64,000 nucleotides of DNA from Phoronis australis (taxonomy: Eukaryota; Animalia; Phoronida): assembly GCA_002633005.1 (NCBI GenBank), contig NMRA01000030.1, positions 755,630-819,629 on the forward strand, in the 5' to 3' direction. Below the pieces are notes generated by a model. That model saw only the letters and a list, made by a program, of their open reading frames with translations, ran no database searches and was not told the origin of the DNA. Below are positions 1-26,900 of the stretch, piece by piece. Made by a program: the position numbers and the translations under genes. Position 1 is the first letter of the stretch. Each line of letters opens with the position of its first letter.

Positions 1-92
1 AGAGAAGGAGCCGTAAGGAGATTATTCCACAGCCTAATACACACCCAGTGCAAGTACACCAAGTTAACTTTAAAGCAACGTAACTAATTCAG

Positions 93-491
93 GGCCTGGT
101 CTCCAATCTTTTTACTCGAAATGGAAATTAGGTTTGGCATTTTCTAGTAACTCTACTTTTGGGCGAAATCAAGATAAGTGTCTATTATTCTATGCTCGAG
201 TACACAATAACTTACGTAGATAATGTATTGCCCTTAGTTCACAGTTTGTAAACCCAATATTAAAGCAATAAGTTCGAGTTTGAACTCGAAATTTCGAGTT
301 TTTACTCGAGTTTGTAGCACGAATATAAGGGTCTTCAAGGGCAAACTTGAACTAAAAACTCCTATGCATAAACTATAATGTATTCGAGCACAGTCTGATA
401 ACCAATTATCTTAAGTTCGCACAAAAGGAGCAGAGAAATTGCCAAGAATAGTTTCGCGTTCGTTTCGAGTACAAAGATTAGAGACCGGGCC
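93..491. mobile_element. PIF/Harbinger-like MITE
   Basis: TIRs GGCCTGGTCTCCAATCTTTTTACTCGAA / TTCGAGTACAAAGATTAGAGACCGGGCC; 3-bp TSD CAG at 90-92 and 492-494. Confidence 0.8.
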
Positions 492-574
492 CAGATAGCT
501 TTGCACAGGCAACAGGTCAAGGTCAAGAGATTTCCTTTTGTTGCTGTGCTTTAACAAATTTCTATTATACAAAC

Positions 575-15408
<14,834 letters not shown>

Positions 15409-16142
15409 TGTTCTTGTTTGTCTGCTACAGCACTGAAATAAAAGTATTCTTTAATCCGAAGTAAAACAATATTCAAATCATGAACTATGACAATGGCAGA
15501 TCCAGGAGGGGGGGTATAGCTTATCCCAATTTTGGGATCAACATGGGTCTATTTCTCACCAATTTGCTTCGTATGTTTGTTGAGTCCGGTATTGTCATGC
15601 GACAACTTTTTATCCATGTAGTGTTACAAGTAGGTTTATGATCCCATGGCCCCCTGGAGCTATTTTCTCATCTTGAAGGCTTCCCTGCTGTCATGGCGTC
15701 ATTCCGCGCGAGATCAGCATTGTTTTGTAAAAAAATAAAAAATGGCTAATTTGTGAGCCAGACATTGAAATTGAAATACATTTCATGCATTTTGTTATTG
15801 ATACGGAAGTTTTTTCACGATATTTACTGAGAATGACTCATTTAACTCAGCATTGCAATAACTCGTTAGTCTACATGCTGTCTCTTTTTCTTGGTCCCAG
15901 TTACGAGCTCAATCATTTATGTGTAGAAGTTCACGGCTTAGTCATCATTATACGTTTCCAGTTTTGCTTGCTTAAATCATTGCTTAAAAGCAGAATCTGT
16001 CCTCACATCTAATTTTTTGCCGAAGTCATCACCAATGGACTTGTGACGTTATGTGCATTTGTTACAAAAACGATCGTGACAGCTCGAGTTCATGCAAAAA
16101 TTTGCAAAGAGATGTCAATCAAAGTCAGACATCACTTTCATA

Positions 16143-19060
16143 AACAAGAGCAACACGGAGTGCTGAAATGCACCCACGAATGCATCGCAATTGGTGTGCT
16201 TTTAGGGTTATTAAGTTGTATCATAAAAAGGGCCACTAGATGGCGCAAAAACATACAATCCACCCAAAAACGGGCACATGCCATATTTCACAAAAATGTG
16301 TCAAGGAACAAAGGAAAACAGAAAAAAAACGAAATTGCCACTTGTGGACAAAGCGACCGTTTGATCCGCTTGAAAGTCGTCTGTTATCTTCATATAAATC
16401 AACTTACTACATTAAAGATCTTGCAGTGGGTTTTGGAGATACAGCTATGGGTGCAAAACAAAACAAAACTATCACTAGGAAGCGCCACAGTAGTCAGTCG
16501 CCATCATCAAACGTCCTGTTTACACTGAAAACATATACGCCAATGTTCAAAACCATCCCCTGAATGATTTGGTTGATAGAAGGGTGAACGCCAAAAACAA
16601 GATTTGAAAACACCAAATATGGCCACTAGGTGGCGCAAAATACCTCGATTCCATCCAAAAACAGGATGATAGCTTCATCTCAACAATAGATGCTTTTATT
16701 CAAAATTTTATGACAATCTGAGTACCTTTGAAAATACAGACTGGTAAACGTAAAAAACTATAATTGTCACTAGGGCGCACACCAGTAGTCTAATACGCCC
16801 AAGTCATCGTCGTCCGTTCTCAACATCACATAAATACATTTGATAAATTAAGTAAAGATCCTGTAAACGGTTTAGGAGATACAGCCATGAGCGCAAAGGA
16901 AACAAAACTGCCACTAGGAGGCGCCACAGTTGTCAAACTCGTCGGAAAATCACCATCAGCCATCCACTTCACAGTAAAAACATACATGCCAATTTTCACA
17001 ATTATCCTGAAAGCGGTTTGGTTGATAGACGATTGGACGCCAAAAACAGACTCGAAAACGGTAAAAATGGCCACTAGGTGGCGCAAACTAGGTTGAATCC
17101 ATCTGAAAATGGAGAGATAACGTCAACTCATTAACAGATGATGGTATACTAAATTCTATGAAAATGTGTTGAGGACCTTTGAACATACAGGGGTACATGT
17201 AAAAAAAAAAAAAAATTGCCACTAGGTGGCACACCAAAAGTCAGATCCATCCAAAAGTCGTCGTCCTTCATTGTTAACATTATATAAATACATTTACTAA
17301 ATTTCGTAAAGTTCCTACGAATAGTTTAGGAGATACAGCCATAGGTGCAAAAAAAACAAGAGCAACGCGCAGCATTGAAATGCACCCACGAATGCACCGC
17401 TAACGTTGTGCTTCTAGGGGTGTTTATTTGGAACATAAAAATTTGCAACCAGATGGCACAAAATATGTGGAATCCATCCGAGAACTTGTATGTGTCATCA
17501 AAGCTATTTACCAAATTTCATAAAAATCTGTCAAGGAACTTCTGAGAAAACAGAGGAAAATGAAAAAATGAAATTGTCACTAAGAGGCTATAACTGCAAA
17601 AAACATAACTGCCACAAAAGTAGATAAAGTCGTCGGAAAATCATTGTCAGACTTCCTCTTCCCATTAGGAACATAAATGCCAATTTCCACAACCATCCTT
17701 AGAGTGGTTTGGTTGACAGAAAGGCAGAAGTCAAATAACAAGACTCAAAAACAGTAAAAATGGCCACGAGGTAGCGCAAAATGCCTCGAATTTTACCGAA
17801 AACCGGAAGATATCGTCACCTCACTAATGGATGCCTAACTGCCAAATTATATGAAAATCCATTGACGATCCTTTAAGATACAGAGGTAAACGTAAAAAAC
17901 TAAAAATAACACTAGGGGACATACCAGTACCCTGATCCATCCGAAAGTCGTCATCCTCTGTAGTCAACTTCATACAAATACACCACCATACTTCAATAAC
18001 CATCCTGTAGAGCATTTACGAGATACAGCCATGGGTGCAAAAACAAACAAAACTGCCACTAGGAGGCGCCATAGTGTTCCAAGTCATTGGAAAATCATCG
18101 TCAGTCGCCCTCTTCACAGTAAGAACAGATATACCAACTTTCAAAATAATACCTAGAGCGGTTTGGTTGATAGAACGGCAGACACCAAAAAACAGACTTG
18201 AAAACAGTAAAACTGGCCACTAGGTGGTGCAAAGTACCCCGAATCCGTCCGAAAATGGGAGGATGGCATCATTTCAGTAATAGATGTCTAAATGCCAAAG
18301 TTTATGAAAATCCGTTGAGGACCTCCAAATTTACAGAGGTAAGCGTAAAAAAATTAAAATTGCCACTAGGGGGCACAACAGTAGTCGGAGAGGTCTGAAA
18401 TTCGTCCTCGTCCATTGTCAGCTTCATAGGAACATATCTGCCAAAGCTCATCAAGATCCTGTGAGGGGTTTAGGAGATACAGCTGCGAACACCGGACGCC
18501 CGGACAGACAGAGATGACGGCAATATGCGACAACATATAAATATGTGGGAGAATAAAAACTGCCACTAGGAGGTGCCACAGTAGTCGAAGTTGTCGTAAA
18601 TTCATCGTCAGCCGTTCACTTCATAATAAGAACATACATGCCAATTTTCAAAACCATCCTTTGAGCGGTTTGGTTGATAGAGGGGTGGACGCAAAAAAAC
18701 AGACTCGAAAACAGTAAGAATGGCCACTGGGTGGCGCAAACTACATTGAATCCATCCCAAAACAGGAGGATAGCATTATCTCGCTAATATACCAAATTTT
18801 ATGAAAATCCATTCAGGACTTTTGAAGATACAGAGGTAAACGTAAAAAACTTAAATTGCCACTAGGGGACACACTGGTAGTTGGATCCGTCCGAAAGTTC
18901 GCTCATGTCGTCCTATCCATAGAAGGAACACATGTGCAAAATTTCATGAACATACATCAAGGCGTTTTGGAGATAGAGCAGCGGATGCCGGACACTGGAC
19001 CGACGCCGGATGGAGATGACGGCATAATGCGTCAACATATAAATATGTGGGCGCATAACA
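16143..19060 (+). mobile_element. Helentron-type element (outer) containing a nested copy of its own family
   Basis: 5' end AACAAGAGCAACACGG at 16143, 3' hairpin at 19027-19056; the array resumes in register after 18556. Confidence 0.82.
17355..18556 (+). mobile_element. Helentron-type element (inner, nested)
   Basis: A second 5' end ACAAGAGCAACGCGCAGC within an A-run, with its own GGAC microsatellite and CAACATATAAATATGTGG 3' end. Confidence 0.8.
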
Positions 19061-22000
19061 AGAATTTTTAATTTAAGATTTAACAGATGTGTGAATACAC
19101 AGCTTTGGAATGGTCTGGTTAAAAAGTGATCATAACAAAATATTGTACAAAGTTAATGTCATCGAATGGCACACTTTTCCTTAAGTAATTGGTTATGGGA
19201 AGTTTTGGAGTGACCTTGCATCACCTTTGAGTGAGCGATGGAATTGAGCGCTTCCTGGTGGCCAATCTGTGTTAATCCACTGTTCTTTTCTCACAAGTTT
19301 TCCACACTTCACAACAAATTACCAAAAGTGGTTACTTAGTAGTTATTTGTAAATTAGGAAAATTTGCTTCGGTGAAGTTGTCGTCATCATCTCCCAAAAG
19401 ATGTCACTTTTAAAATCCTGTAATCGAGTAAATGACGAGTGCATGTTACGAGCTTAGTCTTCAGAAATCAAAGTTTGACTTTATATTGTTACAAAAGTGG
19501 GAGTGATGTAACAAAATGACGTTCATCATAATTATATATACAGTTTTGCACCAGGGCCATGTTACTGTCACTGATAGTCGTAAGACTGCTACTTAGAAGT
19601 TAGCCAATACATAGCCTTGGTCCACTGAAAACTATAGAGCTTTACACTGATGAGGGTAAAAACTGGCCTACTGAAATCTGATACAAAGTTAATGTTACGC
19701 ACCCATGCTGTCGGGTGAGTACCCCAATTTTACAACTTGGCTGGTCAGAATACAGCCGTGTTGTTATCACTTTGACAGTGATAGCAAGGGGAGAAAGTGA
19801 GTAAGCTAACGGTGCTGAAAAAACTGTCAAGCGATAAGATGCGTGGGCTTTCAGTGCCATGAATACAGTGTCACCAACCAGCCATTTCTTTTTTTACTGA
19901 TTCTTCAATCAACTGTTCTTCTTCCACATGGTTGCATACATGTCATAACAATCGCATCTGGTTTCACTTCGCTATAAGGTTTTAGTATACAAATATCAGC
20001 AAACCCAGTTACAGAGCAAATGCTTCTGTCCAACTGGCAGGTCTGAAAGATGCCACAAAAAATAAGCAAATGGCGCGTGTGTATTTCAGGAGCATACTGT
20101 TTTCAAGTTGACAACAAACTTTTTTTATTAGTTACAAATACAGAAGTCGGAGAATTATGCAAGAAAATGACGTTTACTAGATTATTTTTCACTTAAACGG
20201 CTGAAAAGGACAAGGCTTCACAAGTTGAGTGTTGGGCAAGGGGATGCTGTTGTATTCAAAATTAACATGATCAAATTGCTTTATTAACTCGCTCTGCAAT
20301 TTCTATATTTTGACTAATGTCGGAAAGGTAGAAGGCATGCATCAAACATTCACGGATATTTGTCATGTTTATCGAACTTATTTCCGACGGAATTGTAGCC
20401 ACAACACAGCAATTCTCGTNGGAGAGGTCTGAAATTCGTCCTCGTCCATTGTCAGCTTCATAGGAACATATCTGCCAAAGCTCATCAAGATCCTGTGAGG
20501 GGTTTAGGAGATACAGCTGCGAACACCGGACGCCCGGACAGACAGAGATGACGGCAATATGCGACAACATATAAATATGTGGGAGAATAAAAACTGCCAC
20601 TAGGAGGTGCCACAGTAGTCGAAGTTGTCGTAAATTCATCGTCAGCCGTTCACTTCATAATAAGAACATACATGCCAATTTTCAAAACCATCCTTTGAGC
20701 GGTTTGGTTGATAGAGGGGTGGACGCAAAAAAACAGACTCGAAAACAGTAAAAATGGCCACTGGGTGGCGCAAACTACATTGAATCCATCCCAAAACAGG
20801 AGGATAGCATTATCTCGCTAATATACCAAATTTTATGAAAATCCATTCAGGACTTTTGAAGATACAGAGGTAAACGTAAAAAACTTAAATTGCCACTAGG
20901 GGACACACTGGTAGTTGGATCCGTCCGAAAGTTCGCTCATGTCGTCCTATCTATAGAAGGAACACATGTGCAAAATTTCATGAACATACATCAAGGCGTT
21001 TTGGAGATAGAGCAGCGGATGCCGGACACTGGACCGACGCTGGATGGAGATGACGGCATAATGCGTCAACATATAAATATGTGGGCGCATAACAAGAATT
21101 TTTAATTTAAGATTTAACAGATGTGTGAATACACAGCTTTGGAATGGTCTGGTTAAAAAGTGATCATAACAAAATATTGTACAAAGTTAATGTCATCGAA
21201 TGGCACACTTTTCCTTAAGTAATTGGTTATGGGAAGTTTTGGAGTGACCTTGCATCACCTTTGAGTGAGCGATGGAATTGAGCGCTTCCTGGTGGCCAAT
21301 CTGTGTTAATCCACTGTTCTTTTCTCACAAGTTTCCCACACTTCACAACAAATTACCAAAAGTGGTTACTTAGTAGTTATTTGTAAATTAGGAAAATTTG
21401 CTTCGGTGAAGTTGTCGTCATCATCTCCCAAAAGATGTCACTTTTAAAATCCTATAATCGAGTAAATGACGAGTGCATGTTACGAGCTTAGTCTTCAGAA
21501 ATCAAAGTTTGACTTTATATTGTTACAAAAGTGGGAGTGATGTAACAAAATGACGTTCATCATAATTATATATACAGTTTTGCACCAAGGCCATGTTACT
21601 GTCACTGATAGTCGTAAGACTGCTACTTAGAAGTTAGCCAATACATAGCCTTGGTCCACTGAAAACTATAGAGCTTTACACTGATAAGGGTAAAAACTGG
21701 CCTACTGAAATCTGATAGAAAGTTAATGTTACGCACCCACGCTGTCGGGTGAGTACCCCAATTTTACAACTTGGCTGGTCAGAATACAGCCGTGTTGTTA
21801 TCACTTTGACAGTGATAGCAAGGGGAGAAAGTGAGTAAGCTAATGGTGCTGAAAAAACCGTCAAGCGATAAGATGCGTCGGCTTTCAGTGCCATGAAATA
21901 CAGTGTCACCAACCAGCCATTTCTTTTTTTACCGATTCTTCAATCAACTGTTCTTCTTCCACATGGTTGCATACATGTCACAACAATCGCATCTGGTTTC

Positions 22001-22456
22001 ACTTCGCTATAAGGTTTTAGTATATAAATATCAGCAAACCCAGTTACAGAGCAAATGTTTCTGTCCAACTGGCAGGTCTGAAAGATGCCACAAAAAATAA
22101 GCAAATGGCGCGTGTGCATTTCAGGAGCATACTGTTTTCAAGTTGACAACTGACTTTTCTTTATTAGTTACAAATACAAAAGTCGGAGAATTATGCAAGA
22201 AAATGACGTTTACTAGATTATTTTTCACTTAAACGGCTGTAAAGGACAAGGCTTCACAAGTTGAGTGTTGGGCAAGGGGATGCTGTTGTATTCAAAATTA
22301 ACATTGACCAAATTGCTTTATAAACTCGCTCTGCAATTTCTTTACTTTGATTGATGTCGGAAAGGTAAAAGGCATGCATCAAACATTCACGTATATTTGT
22401 CATCTTTATCGAACTTTTTTCCACCGGAATTGTAGCCACAACACAGCAATTCTCGT
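18387..22456. repeat. ~2034-bp tandem duplication joined by an N at 20420 (probable uncollapsed haplotypes)
   Basis: 18387-20419 and 20421-22456 are nearly identical, with scattered substitutions. Confidence 0.9.
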
Positions 22457-23189
22457 TGGCATTGAAAGGACAAATAGAGTAATGCAACCGAGAAAAATTT
22501 GTAAAGAATTTGACAACAAATACGGTAATATGAGTAACTCCCAGTGACGAGATGCAAAAGCGTTCGACAAATATTGTGGCAAAGAGGGTAAATAAAGCAA
22601 GATTCAATTGTTCGCTGCATGTAATCAGTAGTATGCAAAAGGAGAGGGCCAACGCCCAACGGGGCATTTTTGGGTGGGAGGGATCATCCACTGATTAAAT
22701 CACTAATGAATAAACTTTTTGAAATTGTGACTGATTTGTACTGAAAGTGAATAAAGTTTATACTTTATGTTTCACCTTTTTTTACTTTTCTTGGAACTAG
22801 GGTTCATGCATTTGAGTAGGGAGAGGGGGATCCCATAAAAAATCGCATCGAACATCACCAAACCTCTGTTGACTGTAATCGAGAATCAATCAATCAATCT
22901 CTTTATTTATAGTCAGTTTGACAAAACAGGCAAACACTAGCCAAAGGCTAATATTGCCGACTGTAAATAATAACATAAAATGTATAAATAATAAAATAAT
23001 GAAAAACCGAATGCATGACAAGAGAACACATATTGATGAGATCATGAAAGTATGGTATACACACACGCGCACACATACTTAGTACACACCAGATTTAAAA
23101 TCTGCACACACCGCACTTGCACGGTGGTTCCAAAATTTAATAAAATTCTTAACAAGTTTATAATACATGAACTTGGACACATTAGCCCG

Positions 23190-23900
23190 GGAAGAGTAAG
23201 TTCCAGAGTTTAGCGACGTACACTGACAAAGAGTTTAAACCTTGGCGCACTGTTCGACATTGTTTCACACGTAGCACAGATTTATTACGAAGATTATAAC
23301 GAGGCACTTTTTCCTCAAAGAGGTCCCACATGAAAGGGGGTGACAAAAGACTATTACTAGAAGTGGGCCAAGTAGTACTTAGGCCTACTACCAGCTGATT
23401 AGAACTTGTTTGAGCGATCTTTGAGTTTGACTTGTAAGTTTGACTTTAAAAATTAAATTGAGCCTACGTGAGTCTAACATTTTGAGCAAACGCGTTTTAT
23501 CGCCTTGTCATTTAAGAAGATAAGGTCGTCACTTTTCTCACCTCAGAACCTTGAGTTCAAGCGAAACTAAACAACGCGTTAGCACCGTACGAGTACTCGC
23601 TTTACGTAAGGCGCGATAAACGTTGATTAGATTGTGCACGGTTTTAGCAGAGACTGTGGAGACGTCTTTGGTTTTAGTACGCACTCTAGCGGTGTGTTTT
23701 CTGCCACCAGAAGGCGCCATTGGGATACAAGGGAATCCGTTTCTAATCGATAACCACATCCAGAAATCGCAGTCTCTGCTAACGAGGTAAGCGTAGAAAT
23801 CAGTGGTTTATCACGTACAATTCTTCCATCTTAAGTCTAGAATAAGAGTGAAGGAAAGCTGCGACGCCAGTATTTTCGTACGGTGGAATCCTGGGATGTT
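23190..23900. promoter_or_regulatory. Probable bidirectional promoter with two short divergent non-coding first exons
   Basis: Locally CpG-rich unique sequence. Minus-strand donor GAG/gtgaga (GT at 23541-23540) and plus-strand donor GAG/gtaagc (GT at 23787-23788) face outward. KMO needs an upstream UTR exon. A-run versus T-run bias on the plus strand appears by eye to flip here. Confidence 0.6.
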
Positions 23901-26900
23901 GAATTCTTGCAGTTGGCACTTGTTGACACCGGCAGAACACAGCCACTGGGCCAACCGAGGGGCTACGTGTTGCCTACCACTGACACAGCTACCACCACTG
24001 GACCAGGCACTACCACCACTGCACCAGACGTCCTCCAAGTCATTTGGATGAGTGGTTGCCACCTATGGCAGTGCCAGTGGGAACAGTGAACCCATTTTAC
24101 TTATTTTACCTTTTCATCTTATTTTGTCCTTCGATATTATAATATTTTACTCTTTTTTTACAAAAGGTTTCATGCCCGTAGCCCGCATCGCCGTCACCTC
24201 CACCCCCACCCCCCATGCTCCCGATGCCATAATATATGTACCGAATCTCCCACGTCTGCCCTCAGTGCGGGGCAATCCCAATGATTCAGCTATTTTGTGT
24301 TTAAACAAAAGTATCAAAACATCTCAGAAGTCAGTTAATTGCGAACTCATCCCTGAGTTTTCCAGATTAGAGCTACACCAAACATGTCACAGCAAACAAA
24401 ACTACACGTGCCATTAGTTCAAGTTCAATCTTTATTAGAACTCAAATCATAAAAAAAAACAAAAGTGCAAATATGGTGATAGCCAAACTGACGATTTGGA
24501 ACCTGAATTTTGAACAGTTTTGGTTGTAGTAACTACATAACTATTCTAGCTTTTCCTCAGTAATAAAATTGAAATCACAGCTCTTGTCCACCGACCAACC
24601 TCATCCACTGTTTGCACTCTCTCGTTGACTACAAAGCTAGCCATCTTAGTTGTCTTCACTAGTATTCCATTACAACTACAAGCTATCGAAATTGGCGCAT
24701 TTCCGTGAATATCACTTTTCCGGTTAGTGTACTACTCCTGGAGTAAAGTAGTGCGGCATGCACTGGGCCATAAGCAATGTTTTAAAAGTTATTGTCATCT
24801 AATTTAGTCACTGTGTTTTGTTTACAGATGTTTTAATGTAGCTTAGTTGTATAAAAGAATAATCCATGTGATGTTGTTAACTGTGATCAGCATTTGTAAG
24901 TCACCGAGTATATCAATATGCAGTCATTTATCTTCAATTGTACCTAATGTTTGTAGTTTTTAGCTTTATGGATTTTTTTAAAAATTGAAAACCAAACTTG
25001 GTTGTTTTTCCATATGAATACAGCTGTAGTATTTGTTTTTTAACAAAAAGTGTTAGTTAATGCATTTTAAAAATTCACCAGTATGTACAAGCAGAGATGT
25101 TTACTACAGCTTATAGTCAGGTAATTACACTTACTGGTAATTGTGTCTTGCTTGCACCAGACAATGCGGTCATTGCAACTGAGTCTGGCTCCGTGCTCTC
25201 TTTGATCCCAGTAAAAGCAGCTCTGACGGTTGAGTGGTGAAAAGTCACGCATATCTTTAGAAATGCGTGAATTTCGTGTAATTGTATTATTCACGACATG
25301 AGATTTTTGAGTACCCCTTTCAACATGTACATGGTCATTACAAATAGTAGGTTAGACAGCAGTGTTTTTCAAATGCGGGAATTCATTACAAACAACTCAT
25401 AGTAACCATTTTCAAAAGAGGTACTATTCTTGTTACACTATGGGAAACAATAACATTATTTTTTAACTGACCACCGGAAATAGTCCTTTTGTATAATTCA
25501 CAAATAGTGGGCTTCACGTTCTTCAAAATTCCACCCTTTCGATGGTGATCAATTGTATTGTATTTTTTCACATTTTTTGGTTGTTTGGGTCGAATGTCTT
25601 GATACTGCTGTACTGTGCAGGAATGTTTTGTTTTGTGATGAATTTGGAATCTCAACTTCCCTCGTGAACTTTTGGCAGTGTCAGATTTACAAATGTAGAG
25701 GGAGAAAGTGACATTTCCCCCGAACTGCTCCACCGAGAGAGGGTCCCGTCTGAAATGGCACACCTTAAGATGAAAGGCTAAACATCATTAAGCTTGGAAA
25801 TGAGTTCATTCCACCGTCTTGTGGTCACAAGACGGTGCAGGAAGTGAACTTCTTCAACATGAAAGACGGTTGCACGATTTCATAAAAAACAGGAAAATAG
25901 AGGTAATCGATTCCAACATTGGGCCCTTTTTCTGTGAGCAGCCCCTTAAGACTTTGTCAATGAAAACACAAAAAAGGTGGCCACTTGAGGGTCATCAATG
26001 GTCTCCTTCAAGTGCGGGGCCCCTAAATATGAAAATATCTATATTTGCAAAAATCATTGCGCAGCAATTGATGTTATCTGTCAGGTCATCAATTTTTCTC
26101 AAATGATATACAATTTCAAGATAAAGCATAAAGTGAAAGTTGTCTCCGTTATCCCTTGCCAGAGAGGGGCCTCTGGAAAAATTTAGGTTTGCAAAATTGA
26201 CTTATGGAATTTAAAAGTCCACTGAGTAAATTAGTACTCTCTGCAAAAGCTTCTTTTTATAAATTCTCTCAACTTTTCCAAATATGTGTATGAATGATTA
26301 CGTGCACATTTTCAAGTGCCTTTAGACGACCTGTGCTGCAAAAGCAGAGACCCTAACAACAATGTCCTGGCCAGGGTCCTCAAAAGGTAAACCAATGCAC
26401 TGATACAGAGTAGTTAAATGTTCTCTTGAATTTTCCCTCTTATCCGTATTTCGCAGTTTTTCTTTTCTCCACTGTCCCCGGCCCCAAGCCTATGTCGGTT
26501 GCCACGGTTTAACCCTGACACCTGAAAATTTTTGAGGGGCACAAGCCCCCCTTGCCCCCCCTTCCCACTTTCTACAGCCTTGGGTTACTTGAGCCCTGAG
26601 GTATTAAAATATTTGTTACTGGCCGAATATAGTGAACCCTGGTTTAGAGAATCTCTTTCATTCATTGAGTAATGGGCCTGTTATGGTGGGATTCATTGAT
26701 TGCCAGGTTCTCTAAATCGAGGTCCACTATACATTTCCATGGACTTTGCTTAGTTTCACTTTCAGGTTATGGTCATGGTGTGCATTTCGTAATATGTATT
26801 TCGACGTTCTGTCATATACAATTAATTGGCTGTATAAGACTGTTAGCGATTTTCATTGCAACTTGACATCACCTGTGGATGCCAAAGGTGTCCAAAGGCA

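Larger units (their letters stand above)
15649..19557. mobile_element. Possible ~1-kb TIR element hosting the Helentron nest
   Basis: CATG|GCCCCCTGGAGCTA ... TTGCACCAGGGC|CATG inverted ends around the 16143-19060 insertion. Confidence 0.4.

Noticed and set aside
22680-22694. GGGATCATCCACTG shared with the Tc2-like element interior
   Set aside because: A 14-nt match with no extendable homology visible by eye.
23883-24089. Thr-rich ORF just downstream of the promoter
   Set aside because: Non-ATG start, low-complexity ACCACT repeats, no recognisable homology, and it lies after the plus-strand donor.
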